Shown here: positions 15,307-24,990 of the stretch, in pieces
Numbering within the stretch: the stretch's first letter is position 1
Layout: each line of letters begins with the position of its first letter
DNA from: an uncultured Thermoplasmatales archaeon
Lineage (GTDB): Archaea; Thermoplasmatota; E2; DHVEG-1
Direction of reading: 5' to 3'
DNA: 64,000 bases
Assembly (NCBI GenBank): GCA_964638175.1
Contig: CAZWZY010000006.1
Location: 12,386-76,385, forward strand
Program-made: the position numbers and the translations under genes
Notes under the pieces: model-generated
Databases searched by the model: none
The model's input: the letters and a program-made list of their open reading frames with translations, nothing else
What the model was told of the DNA's origin: nothing

Positions 15307-18300
15307 TTACGAAACAACTGATTTGAAGGTAAGTGAGAGAGACATAGGGGTAGTGGTTGATGAGGTAGTAGCAGCGATAAATTTCAAATCAAAGGTTTGC
15401 GAATCATCAATAGCAAGATCTGCTAAAAAGGGCTCAAAGGAAGTATTGATAGTCGTCCATGTTCCTTCACTGCTGAGATTATATTGCATGCTAAAGTTAT
15501 CATGCCCTGGTGTGGGGGTTAATTTCCATGTTGTGCCCTCAGTCTCGTTAGTAGCATCTTCTCCTTTTATTTGAATGTCGACATAACAATTACCATTGTT
15601 TGTCAGTGTGAAATAAAAGCCGGTAGTCTCGTTACTACCACCGACATCAATAGTGCCCATAGCCCATTGGTCGGGAGTAACAGTGATGGTAGTATTTTCT
15701 GACTCAGTAGTGAAGTGGAATAGATCCGAAGTATTCGTCAGATTCCCGTCATCGGCACTCACATTCCAATAATAGGTTGCATTAGGTGATGTTGTGTTGA
15801 GATAATCCATATAATAGGTCCCGTTAGCGACAGAATCTGGGGTATACTCAACATATATCTCATACATTTTATTACCGATATACGTGGGAGTAAGTTCAGC
15901 GGGGAAAGACCCATACGCTTGTGACATGGAAATGCTTCTATTGGAATACGGGGTAGAGGCATTATACACTTTGACGTTGTAGGCACTCAGCAGATCGCCA
16001 TGAATGACCACATAGTATTCTTCTCCAGCAGCAAGCACAGGCGGTGAATCAAATGTAAACTCCTTCCATCCATCGTGATTGGGGCCCAACATACTGCCAA
16101 ACGTAACTTCAGTAGTGTTTGCTATCAGACTAAGATTTGATTTGTAATAGAGTGCGCAATTCATTTTTGCACTATCAAATTGACCTCCGGTCACATAGAC
16201 ACGGGCGGTAATACCTGCAGCAGTTCCGTTGGTAGGACAGGTAAACCACGTTCCACGAATCATATCATTTGTATCTTCTTTCGTAGACCCCTGGGCCCAG
16301 GTATACCCAAAGTCACTTGTTCCCTCTTTAACTATGCTGCCAAATGATGACCAGCTACCGCTTTGATTAGTGTGAAAACTAATGTTCAGGGGATCACTTT
16401 CATCATCGTTTATGGTGATATTTACTGTCGGATAGAGAGAGACATTGACGGATCCATTTACAGGATTTTCGTTGGAGAACTCAGGAGCATTGTCTTGAAG
16501 GATGGTGAAATGGAAGATATCTGACATGTTTGTCGTATAGCCATCCGATGCATTGACATACCACCAATACGTAGTGTCATAGGCACTGAAATTGGCATTG
16601 GTCTGATGATAGGTACCGTTTCCAACCGAGTTGTTTCTCCCAAAGGGAAGCCATGCGGGGGCCGTATAATTGACCACGACATAAAGTTGAGTACACCGGC
16701 TTAATCCTTGATTGCCTACAAAGGCAACACCTGCCTCTATGGTATCAATATCATTCCACGTCCAACTACTTCCCGTAAATGGATTAGTAGCCCACGATCG
16801 GTTGTAACTTGTCCAAGGTAGAGGAGACATGCCCTGTGCTATAGTAAACTGGTCACTCTCGTTATAATGGGTGCCATTACAAAGAATGATTTTTGTATAG
16901 CTATCCGTCGGAGGCATTCCGAAATTATTGTCCCTACACGCAACAATATATACATTGACGAAGTTTATTACTCCTTGCTCATCACTTGCCAATCCATGAT
17001 CCGTGATATTGTAGGTATCATTTGCCCAAGAGCCGGCAGATCTGCTTACATGGGTACTTGATCCATCATGAGTTTCCTCGTCAACGCATTTGTAATTGGC
17101 ATTATCTCCATTTTTATTCAAGTTTGTTGTGGTTCCATTTGCATTTGGCCTCAAAATTAAATCTCCTGGCCCTGTTGAATTTGAATACCAGGTGACATTC
17201 ATGGTGTGTCCATTTCCATCATTGACCGTAATATTCATTGACGGACGAAGAGGAATATTGGTAGATTCATTTGGCGGATAGGGGTTACTGATTTCAGGTG
17301 CAATGTTTATTCTCCCCATAGGACCATAAATGCTGAAATTAGTGACATCAGTTGCCCACACATGGTTGGTACTGGTGTCGGCTCCAGTATTGGGAGCTTG
17401 TACCCAGAGGCCTGTTGTTTCGTTATACTCATACATGACAAGCGTGTCTTCCATAATACTGCCAAGATCAGCATCATCGTAACTGATGTTGATATCAACG
17501 GTAGCAGATGCATCAATCGCAGTCACATTCACATACTTACTGATGTTGCCAAGGCCAGAGGGATTGGCAGGAATAATTGGTAGAGTGTGGAGGGAAACGT
17601 TAATGCCATCTGTCAGATCGAAGGTGGTACTATTGAGCGTTACCTCAACAGCACTTCCATTGATAATATCAAAATCACCATTGAGGGTTAGCACGCCGCT
17701 CATCGTCAATGTACTATTTTCTTTGATGTTGAAGGTTGTTCCTTCATCAATATTCATGCCGTTTATAGAAAGATTTGCCGTAACATCAAACGAGCCGGCA
17801 TCTACGGTTACATTATTGGCAATAGTCGCTAGTTCGTCACTGGTAACGGTATTACCTAATGTGTCAATAACAAGATCATAGATGGTACCAGAACTGGGGG
17901 CAATGTCGATAATGGTGGAATCCTCTACACCTCCTCGTTCGATCTCAAGCGTTCCTGAGTTATGAGTATAGGTTCCGTCAAGGTCAATGGCATATCCTGA
18001 ACTTGCTTCGTCTGTAATAGTGATGGTCCCTGAAGTAGCTAAAATAGTGGTGCTTGCTTCTTGAGTGAGAGAGCCGAATGACCATGCTCCTGATGCGCTA
18101 TCCAGCCCCAAAGTAGAACCAGAGCCGGAAAGAGAAGCGTCATTGCTAACCGTCAAGGTATCCCCAGCAATGTTTGGTCTAAATACACCATTAGTTATTG
18201 TCAGATCGTTACTGATTGTTGTGGCACCTCCCCAATCAACAAGATAGTCGTTACCTTGGGTATTAATGACTAAATCATACACTGTCCCTACTGATGGAAT

Positions 18301-21300
18301 TAAGTCGGCCTCGGTGTTTGCGTTGGTTCGAATCTCTAACGTATTAGAATTAGCAGTATATATACCGTCAAGATCAACCGCATAGCCACTAGATTCGCCA
18401 GTAATAATAATGGTACTGCTTGAAGACCCTGTGAATGTTCCTCCACTATCAACATCCAATGCACCAAAGCTATGATCAAATGTATCTCCCGCTCCGTCAA
18501 ACACACCACCACTCAGTACCAAGAGTTCACTAGTGACCGTTAGTGCTTTATTGTTGGTATCGAGTTCGCACTCATCAATTTTACAGGATCCACTAATAGT
18601 ACAACTAGTCGCGAGGTAAATATCGTAGGAAGTATCAGAAAGAGCAATGATGATATCATTAACCGTCCCCGAGCTTGGTTGTAAGTCAAGATAGGCAGCA
18701 GTACTATCCGTATTAATTTCAATGATGCCCGCGTTATGAGCAAAGGTACCATCAAGATCAACGGCATAACTTGGAAGTCCTGATGTTTTACCCCTAATAG
18801 AGATAGTTGACGCAGGTGCCTGGATGGTACCTCCTGTTTGAGAAAGTGATAAGAATTGCCATCCTGCCGTGATTTCGATATCGTTTCTTCCAAAGATGCC
18901 GCCTGTTACTGAAACGTCGCCGTTTACGGTCAAGGAAGACTCGGAAGCATCAGGACTAAAGGTACCAGAATTAACAGTAAGATCATGGTTTATAGTGGTA
19001 GATCCTTCCCATGAGACAACAGTAGTATCGCCGATATCGATAGTAAGGTCATAGACAAACGATTTGAAGGGGATGAGATCTGCCTTGACCTCTACTTTAT
19101 CGCCAAGAGTAAAGCGCAATGTTCCTGAATTATGTGTATAGGTACCATCAAGATCAACAACATACTTGGTTTTTGTATTATAACTAGTAATGGTGGTTGT
19201 TCCGGATGTGGCATCTACCGTTTCAGTCGTGTCTGTTGTGGTAAGTGATCCAAATGACCATGCAGCGCCTCCACGATCTGCGCTCAATGTGCCGCTCTCC
19301 AACAAGGTTACGTCACCTGCTACTGAGAGAGAATATGTATTGGTATCGGGCTGGAAGGTCGAACCGCCTTCGATAGTAAGACTATTGCTGATCGTCGTTG
19401 CACCGACCCATTCAACAACATCTCCCGTATCAATAATAATATCATACACTGTATTTAATGAAAGAGGTGCCATAAAATCGACTTTTGTTGACGACGGAGT
19501 TTGAATTTCTATGGTGTTTGCATTTGCAGTATAGGTTCCCTCAATTTCTACCGCATATCCGGCAACCGTTTCATCAGTAATGGTAATTTTACTGTTTGCT
19601 GCTCCTCTGAAAACACCACCCATTTCAATATCTAATGCGCCAAAAGAATGATCGGCAGTATCCCCCTCACCATCAAATTCTCCACCGCTCTGAATCAATA
19701 CATCCTCATTAATGGTGACGGCATTGTTATTTGTATTAAGTTCACCATCATCGATAGTAAGGAATCCATCAGTGGGAAATGAGGCGGAAAGGAACACGTC
19801 ATCAGTGGTAGAAACAAGATCGATAATGACATTATTAAAATGATCGGGGTTCCCTGCACCAGAGGGATCAATCCAAGTATTATCATCGGTATTGATTTCG
19901 AGAATTCCTGAGTTATGCGTATACGTTCCATCAAGATCAACGGCATAACCGCCACTCGTTTCACTGGTGATAAAGAGTGTGCCGCTTGATCCGGTACAAC
20001 TCCCACCAGCATTGACGGTGAGTGAACCAAGATATTGATTGCTACTTCCAAGGCTGAGGGTACCACCATTTTGCACCAAGACATCGCCATCAATATCAAT
20101 AGTGCCGCTAATCGTCAGGTTCCCTCCATTGGCAATGGTTAAATTCTCCGCCTCATCATATGCCCCGCTATATGTACCAGCAGCCTCACTTAATGGTTTT
20201 ACCTGGAATGCACTGGAATTCACTGGGTCACCGTAAGCGGTTCCGTTCCCTGGCGTGTATTCAAATTTATACCAGGCACTCTCATTTGTGTAGTTAGAAT
20301 CTAGTGTTGTTGAATTTACACCAAGAGCAGCCCATGATCCGGATTCATTTGTCCACCATTCAAATGTTGAATTTTCTTCCTGACCACTATAGATGTCTCC
20401 ACTACCTATCAAATCATCAAGGGTAAAGTTGTGAGTGGCAGTAATGGTAACATTCTCTACAGATAACGATGTGCTTCCATACGCATCAAAAATGGTAAAC
20501 GCAGGATTTCCACCAAAGGATAACGCCCATGTTCCTCCGCCACCAGCTATTTCTGTCGCAGTAATAGAGATATTGATGTATCTTCCATCTTTGTCAGTGG
20601 TATCAACCTCTTGCCAGCTAGAGTTGTCTTGCCATGTATTTATTCCCGTTGCTACTGCCGTTCCCCAACTAGCTTTTGAATCGCTGACATAGATGTCGAC
20701 GTCTGTCGGATCTGCGGTTAAATTAGAACGAGCACGTACTTTTTTGATAGTATACGTCTCTCCCAAGTCAAGGATAAGCCAATGTTGTGTCTTAAAACCA
20801 ACACCCCAATAATCTGTTCCATCGAGTGCTTCTGATGCAGTGTGAGAGCCGTCATCGCCAGAATCAGAATCGTATTCTGAACTATTGATACCAAGCCACG
20901 CATCAGCCAATGATTCATATTCTCCTCCTTCACTGATATTATCTTGTAACCAGTGAGAATAGTTATATGGCTCCATGGTTTTGGTATTGGTCAGTGCATT
21001 GTAAAGGTCTAGTCGACCGATGTCAATGGTAAGACTCTCATTATACGTGTATTTGATAGGTGTACCAGTGCTTCGCAGCCGGTACTTGAGATCGGCGGGA
21101 GGTAAGAATTCGGCTTCTACTACGAGTGCAGAGGCAGCGGCAACATGCGGTGCACTCATGGAGGTGCCGCTGCTAGTTCCTGCTATCGTGGTAATGTCTA
21201 CGCCAGGGGCAAAGAGGTCCAGGGTTGGATTGACATTGGAAAACGAGGCAATGGTGTCGGTGTCATCAGTTGCACCGACAGAAAAGACCTGGGAGCCGCA

Positions 21301-22683
21301 CGCAGGTGAGGTAAGGTTGGTACTGCCATCATTACCTGCAGCGGCAATCACAAAGATGCCTTGTTCTGTGGCGCTGTTAGCTAAATCGGCAACGAAGTCA
21401 GCATCGCAAAAGCCGGTACAGGTAGCCTGGGAGCCGATGCTGAAGCTGATGATGTCTGGATGTTGATCCATACACCATTGTAATCCTTCTAACACATCAG
21501 ATTCATAGCCGGTGCCATTGGCACCGAGTACTTTTGCGACAATTAGTTCTGTCTCAGGCGCCATGGCCTTGATAACAGCTGCAACCTGGGTTCCGTGACC
21601 GTGCTCATCGTCTGGGATGCTGTCATCGTTGACGAAGTCATAGCCATAGCTGTAGTTCACCAGAGAGGAATCGACACCGGTGTCAAGGATGCATATGGTT
21701 GTCCCGTTGCCGGTGAGATTAAAATCTTTTATTGAGTCGTTGAAACGGATGAGTGGAAGACTCTCCAGCAAGAGTACATTAAATGACCGATCAGAATAAA
21801 TGCCTTCTATATCACTATAGTTTTCAAGGATATCAATGAGAGAGGTGTTGATAAATCCGGCAACCAATCCAGCAGATTTAATTTCGGCCGTTGTAATCAA
21901 ACCCAAATCTTCTAACCAATCAGTTTGAACACCTAGGCTTGTTTTGCCAAGAGTTTTCTCAGTAAACTTTACAATCACTCTAGTTTTGTCAGTATAATTG
22001 GAAGGTCCTACTGGTTCGGATGAATCGTTCGTTGGTGGCTTGGTGTCGTTGGTATGGTCGACTGGCGGTGTAGTGTCGTCCTGTGTCTGGTTGTCGTCTG
22101 GTTGTGTGGTTTCATTTTGGGTTTCATTGGAAGTAATGGTCCAGCGGTAGGTGGTCTGATAGACGGTTTGGTTGCGGTCAATGGCTGAGAGGGTGATGAG
22201 ATGGTCTCCCGCCGAGAAGTTTTGGAAGAGCCAGTTGCCTTGCCAGAGCTGATCAGTGGTTACGTTATCGGTTGTATTGAGTAACTTCAAGGTAATTCGT
22301 TCTCGTCCAGAGATGTTTGCCCAGGCCGCAGTGATGTTGTAGGATGTTGGAATGGTTGCATTAAGGTAGATGAGGTCTCCTTCTACTGGATTTGTAGGTT
22401 CAACAGAAACGCTGATATCGAAGTCGCCGCCATAGAAGATTGGTAAGACCGACATGATCATGGCAATGATAAGGGCAAGAGAGGTAAGGGAGAAGGCAAG
22501 TTTGGCAATGGGTAGCTTTTTCTGCGGTTTTGGTGGTCTTCTTTGTTGTCGTTTGCTGATGAGGTGGTTGTGTGTTTCCAGTGTCCTGTCAATGAAGAGA
22601 CGGTCGACACGCTCATCGATGTCTTGGCGTGGTGACTGGATGCGGAGTTGGTCAAGCCAGCGGAGATCGTCTCTGCCGATCAT
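15307..22683 (-). CDS. Giant (2458 aa) N-terminally anchored surface glycoprotein with an embedded subtilisin (S8) protease domain, paralog 3
   Basis: It has the conserved tail, TM helix and first ectodomain. An I9-like propeptide (TRVIVKFTEK...) precedes the S8 catalytic motifs ICILDTGVD (Asp334), DEHGHGTQVA (His), AAAGNDG (Asn) and GTSMSAPHVAAA (Ser), at nt ~21004-21990. A discoidin-like segment follows (ALDGTDYWGVGFKTQHWLILDLGETYTIKKVRARSN). Then come six ~130-aa units, each with Y(A/V)(V/I)(D/E)(L/I)(D/E)G(T/I)(Y/F)(T/A)(H/A)N (nt ~17590-20151, beta-helix-like). The C-terminal domain is shared with the 3686-aa and 291-aa proteins. Confidence 0.9.
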   Translation of the reverse strand: MIGRDDLRWLDQLRIQSPRQDIDERVDRLFIDRTLETHNHLISKRQQRRPPKPQKKLPIAKLAFSLTSLALIIAMIMSVLPIFYGGDFDISVSVEPTNPVEGDLIYLNATIPTSYNITAAWANISGRERITLKLLNTTDNVTTDQLWQGNWLFQNFSAGDHLITLSAIDRNQTVYQTTYRWTITSNETQNETTQPDDNQTQDDTTPPVDHTNDTKPPTNDSSEPVGPSNYTDKTRVIVKFTEKTLGKTSLGVQTDWLEDLGLITTAEIKSAGLVAGFINTSLIDILENYSDIEGIYSDRSFNVLLLESLPLIRFNDSIKDFNLTGNGTTICILDTGVDSSLVNYSYGYDFVNDDSIPDDEHGHGTQVAAVIKAMAPETELIVAKVLGANGTGYESDVLEGLQWCMDQHPDIISFSIGSQATCTGFCDADFVADLANSATEQGIFVIAAAGNDGSTNLTSPACGSQVFSVGATDDTDTIASFSNVNPTLDLFAPGVDITTIAGTSSGTSMSAPHVAAASALVVEAEFLPPADLKYRLRSTGTPIKYTYNESLTIDIGRLDLYNALTNTKTMEPYNYSHWLQDNISEGGEYESLADAWLGINSSEYDSDSGDDGSHTASEALDGTDYWGVGFKTQHWLILDLGETYTIKKVRARSNLTADPTDVDIYVSDSKASWGTAVATGINTWQDNSSWQEVDTTDKDGRYINISITATEIAGGGGTWALSFGGNPAFTIFDAYGSTSLSVENVTITATHNFTLDDLIGSGDIYSGQEENSTFEWWTNESGSWAALGVNSTTLDSNYTNESAWYKFEYTPGNGTAYGDPVNSSAFQVKPLSEAAGTYSGAYDEAENLTIANGGNLTISGTIDIDGDVLVQNGGTLSLGSSNQYLGSLTVNAGGSCTGSSGTLFITSETSGGYAVDLDGTYTHNSGILEINTDDNTWIDPSGAGNPDHFNNVIIDLVSTTDDVFLSASFPTDGFLTIDDGELNTNNNAVTINEDVLIQSGGEFDGEGDTADHSFGALDIEMGGVFRGAANSKITITDETVAGYAVEIEGTYTANANTIEIQTPSSTKVDFMAPLSLNTVYDIIIDTGDVVEWVGATTISNSLTIEGGSTFQPDTNTYSLSVAGDVTLLESGTLSADRGGAAWSFGSLTTTDTTETVDATSGTTTITSYNTKTKYVVDLDGTYTHNSGTLRFTLGDKVEVKADLIPFKSFVYDLTIDIGDTTVVSWEGSTTINHDLTVNSGTFSPDASESSLTVNGDVSVTGGIFGRNDIEITAGWQFLSLSQTGGTIQAPASTISIRGKTSGLPSYAVDLDGTFAHNAGIIEINTDSTAAYLDLQPSSGTVNDIIIALSDTSYDIYLATSCTISGSCKIDECELDTNNKALTVTSELLVLSGGVFDGAGDTFDHSFGALDVDSGGTFTGSSSSTIIITGESSGYAVDLDGIYTANSNTLEIRTNANTEADLIPSVGTVYDLVINTQGNDYLVDWGGATTISNDLTITNGVFRPNIAGDTLTVSNDASLSGSGSTLGLDSASGAWSFGSLTQEASTTILATSGTITITDEASSGYAIDLDGTYTHNSGTLEIERGGVEDSTIIDIAPSSGTIYDLVIDTLGNTVTSDELATIANNVTVDAGSFDVTANLSINGMNIDEGTTFNIKENSTLTMSGVLTLNGDFDIINGSAVEVTLNSTTFDLTDGINVSLHTLPIIPANPSGLGNISKYVNVTAIDASATVDINISYDDADLGSIMEDTLVMYEYNETTGLWVQAPNTGADTSTNHVWATDVTNFSIYGPMGRINIAPEISNPYPPNESTNIPLRPSMNITVNDGNGHTMNVTWYSNSTGPGDLILRPNANGTTTNLNKNGDNANYKCVDEETHDGSSTHVSRSAGSWANDTYNITDHGLASDEQGVINFVNVYIVACRDNNFGMPPTDSYTKIILCNGTHYNESDQFTIAQGMSPLPWTSYNRSWATNPFTGSSWTWNDIDTIEAGVAFVGNQGLSRCTQLYVVVNYTAPAWLPFGRNNSVGNGTYHQTNANFSAYDTTYWWYVNASDGYTTNMSDIFHFTILQDNAPEFSNENPVNGSVNVSLYPTVNITINDDESDPLNISFHTNQSGSWSSFGSIVKEGTSDFGYTWAQGSTKEDTNDMIRGTWFTCPTNGTAAGITARVYVTGGQFDSAKMNCALYYKSNLSLIANTTEVTFGSMLGPNHDGWKEFTFDSPPVLAAGEEYYVVIHGDLLSAYNVKVYNASTPYSNRSISMSQAYGSFPAELTPTYIGNKMYEIYVEYTPDSVANGTYYMDYLNTTSPNATYYWNVSADDGNLTNTSDLFHFTTESENTTITVTPDQWAMGTIDVGGSNETTGFYFTLTNNGNCYVDIQIKGEDATNETEGTTWKLTPTPGHDNFSMQYNLSSEGTWTTINTSFEPFLADLAIDDSQTFDLKFIAATTSSTTTPMSLSLTFKSVVS

Positions 22684-23135
22684 GGCCGATCACCTCCTTT
22701 TTGCTTGTGCGGGACGAGGACGGCGGTGCGGCTGATGATAAATGCCAGCTCATGGAAATAGGGGTTTTCCTCGCGGATCCACTGGAGTAGACGGGAGCGG
22801 CCTAACTTGTGTTCCAATACCTTCAAGACTCGTCGATACGGGATGGGAGAAACAGGACGAGTCTGTTTGAGACGGGAGTGAACATACTCCCGTGCTTCTG
22901 CAAAGGTGATGACCTCGCCAAGGAGTGGGTCAAAGTTCTTGGTCCAGTGATGGATGGTTTGCCTTGAAACATCACCTTTGGTGACCTGGAGCCGGGACAA
23001 CAGGTCGTTGACAAAGCCTCGGTACTCCCGCATGTTTTGAAAAGACGGGATGGTTCTGCGGAAGTACAGACAGTAGGCGATAATCGGAAAGGGGATGTTG
23101 GTCGGTGGGTAGCCTTTCAGGGCGTCTTCGGTGAA
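22650..23135 (-). repeat. Module-junction repeat, copy 3
   Basis: See 1535-2020. Confidence 0.9.
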
Positions 23136-23258
23136 ATATTTACCACAAGATTTGCAAAAAAATTGAATTTTTCCTTCGAGAGGATGGCGACTCTGGACTA
23201 TCTGTCCACTAGAACAATACGGACAAATAAATCGAGTTGGCAATCCCATCCTTTTCAA
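22680..23258 (-). CDS. Zinc-ribbon + HTH DNA-binding protein, InsA-like (copy 3)
   Basis: 192-aa ORF from TTG 23258. The likely start is ATG 23249 (MGLPTRFICPYC...). A second GGGATGGG start context at 23269 opens only ATG GGC ACT ATT TGA. The stop overlaps the ATG of the 2458-aa gene. Confidence 0.75.
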   Translation of the reverse strand: MKRMGLPTRFICPYCSSGQIVQSRHPLEGKIQFFCKSCGKYFTEDALKGYPPTNIPFPIIAYCLYFRRTIPSFQNMREYRGFVNDLLSRLQVTKGDVSRQTIHHWTKNFDPLLGEVITFAEAREYVHSRLKQTRPVSPIPYRRVLKVLEHKLGRSRLLQWIREENPYFHELAFIISRTAVLVPHKQKGGDRP

Positions 23259-23298
23259 ATAGTGCCCATCCCGCTCACATACAGAATGGGAAAGGTAG

Positions 23299-23452
23299 TT
23301 TATAAATGTTTATTTTTTTATAACATATTCATATGTTTTTAATTTGACGTTTTTGGAAAAAAAGAGTATTGTCTGATAATGAACGTAAACTAGGAAATGA
23401 AGTTTTTATATAATAATTTTTTCTATCTTTTATCTATGTTTTATATTTGACG
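23299..23452 (-). promoter_or_regulatory. Putative promoter/operator region of Zn-ribbon gene copy 3
   Basis: TTTATAAAT at 23299-23307 and TTTGACG at 23343-23349 and 23446-23452. The segment ttttttctatcttttat...tatatttgacgtt resembles 2203-2240. Confidence 0.4.
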
Positions 23453-23523
23453 TTATTTGGATATGACATACTGAAAAAGACAAAAAAAACTATGAAAAGG
23501 ACTTACAGCAGAAAAGAGACGCG

Positions 23524-24120
23524 CTAGTATCTTCTTCGGTAGGCTAGATAGACTAAAACAACAATGGCAATGATAACAATGGCAATAAAAAGATTGATGA
23601 GCATAAAGAAAGAAGAGAAACCATCTTCGTCACTTGGGGAGACTGGTGTCAGTGGGGTATCAACATACACCCGAACAAGATACCCCTCTTTTACCATAGC
23701 AGATTGGTTAGTTGAAACAGTATCAATTTGAAAGGCAGCCCGTGTTTCCCAATGTTGATCATAGGTTTGATTTTTACTTTCATTAGGAATGTGCGTAGCG
23801 ATAAAAAACTGGACTTGACTATTTGGCGGAATGACAATGTACGATGGTTCGATAGAAATCCATGAAATATTATTAATTAACGTTTTGTTAGGGCGCATCC
23901 ACTCGATAATATCAGGATGAAGCATCCATGCTTTCACCGAGACGTTGTAGTCATAGGTATTTTTTACCGTGATCGTTTTGCTGGTATTACCGTCAATAAA
24001 GCCATTTTCCATAGAAACCCACATCTCAGCAGGAGAAACAAAAATGGCTGCTGATGCGACTGGAGAAAGAAAGAAGCCAGTAAGCAGGAGGGTGCTCATG
24101 AAAATTAATCGACGGTTCAT
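23524..24120 (-). CDS. Small membrane-anchored secreted protein (signal peptide, beta-rich ~150-aa ectodomain, C-terminal TM anchor); possible Ig-like/chaperone-like fold
   Basis: MNRRLIFMSTLLLTGFFLSPVASA signal peptide. Strand-like patterns such as KTITVKNTYDYNVSV and ISIEPSYIVIPPNSQVQFFI. C-terminal FFMLINLFIAIVIIAIVVLVYLAYRRRY. Confidence 0.7.
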   Translation of the reverse strand: MNRRLIFMSTLLLTGFFLSPVASAAIFVSPAEMWVSMENGFIDGNTSKTITVKNTYDYNVSVKAWMLHPDIIEWMRPNKTLINNISWISIEPSYIVIPPNSQVQFFIATHIPNESKNQTYDQHWETRAAFQIDTVSTNQSAMVKEGYLVRVYVDTPLTPVSPSDEDGFSSFFMLINLFIAIVIIAIVVLVYLAYRRRY

Positions 24121-24159
24121 ACCTTTTTATACTCCTGTATTCGTAATAGGTCTATTTTC

Positions 24160-24990
24160 TTATGCAAGCTCAGACCAGAACCTCACACTCGTGTTTAAAC
24201 TACCGCTGGGCGATGGTACTACCGAGGTGGGCATTGAGAGATTTAATCCAAATTCTTGCCAATAGGTATAGGCAAAGTAATCGGAATTGAATTCAAGATC
24301 GGTAACAAAACTGGCATTGGTTAGTCCAATAGCAGTCCAGGTTCCTGCACCACTTTTTTGATATTTTAACGTATAATTATTGACACCAACAGAAGAAGTA
24401 AGATTCCAGTAATTGCTACCATACGAGATGTTGTACCCATGAATCTTTACATTGATGTTGACGTTTCCTTGATTGGTGAGATTAAAATAGGTATTGCTGG
24501 TAGCATTCCAACTACCATAGTCAATGGTTCCTGCATCCCAGTTCCAGGGAGTAACATTAATGGAGAGAGTTTGGTTTTGCAATCGTGTCCCTCCTGTTAA
24601 ATTACACCACGAAAAGGTACCTCCCGTATCAACCGAGGTGTCGTTCTCACCTACCTGTCCACTATAACTACAGTTGACTACAATTTGATCACCATTGGTA
24701 CAATCAAATCCTGAATCCTTTCCAACATTGATCTGATACGCGCCATTGCTCCCTGTGGTTGTGGTAGTCCCTGAATTATCATTTTCGTTGTTGGTAATCG
24801 TGACCGTAACGCCAGACGGTACCGCGGTACCATTCCATTGTTTAACGTATCCTCTTACATAATACGGGCCACCAAGATCACCTTTCACAAGAAGAGTGTG
24901 AGAAATACTCACTGATAGCCCAATAACCAGAAGAGAAACCAAGATAACGACAAAACGTCTGGTTCTCAAAGATTCAGGGCTTTTCTTCAT
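24160..24990 (-). CDS. Secreted protein: CarboxypepD_reg-like N-domain plus the C-terminal domain shared with the two complete giant proteins
   Basis: The ORF track extends to 25035. ATG 24990 (MKKSPESLRTRRFVVILVSLLVIGLSV) overlaps the TGA of the upstream 510-aa gene (ATGA) and follows AAGGAG. YVRGYVKQWNGTAVPSGVTVTITN... is CarboxypepD_reg-like. The last ~135 aa align with the C-termini of the 3686- and 2458-aa proteins. Confidence 0.8.
   Translation of the reverse strand: MKKSPESLRTRRFVVILVSLLVIGLSVSISHTLLVKGDLGGPYYVRGYVKQWNGTAVPSGVTVTITNNENDNSGTTTTTGSNGAYQINVGKDSGFDCTNGDQIVVNCSYSGQVGENDTSVDTGGTFSWCNLTGGTRLQNQTLSINVTPWNWDAGTIDYGSWNATSNTYFNLTNQGNVNINVKIHGYNISYGSNYWNLTSSVGVNNYTLKYQKSGAGTWTAIGLTNASFVTDLEFNSDYFAYTYWQEFGLNLSMPTSVVPSPSGSLNTSVRFWSELA

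Noticed and set aside
21020-21466. Antisense or alternative-frame ORFs inside the giant genes (for example 21020-21466, 17486-17881, 19190-19504, 9267-9728, 10128-10547, 13531-13953)
   Set aside because: They lie wholly within long, motif-rich ORFs and have low-complexity or Cys/Arg-rich translations with no recognisable motifs. These are shadow ORFs.
3451-22683. Diversity-generating retroelement acting on the giant genes
   Set aside because: There is no reverse transcriptase ORF anywhere in the window. The intragenic and intergenic repeats are perfect copies rather than adenine-biased template/variable pairs.
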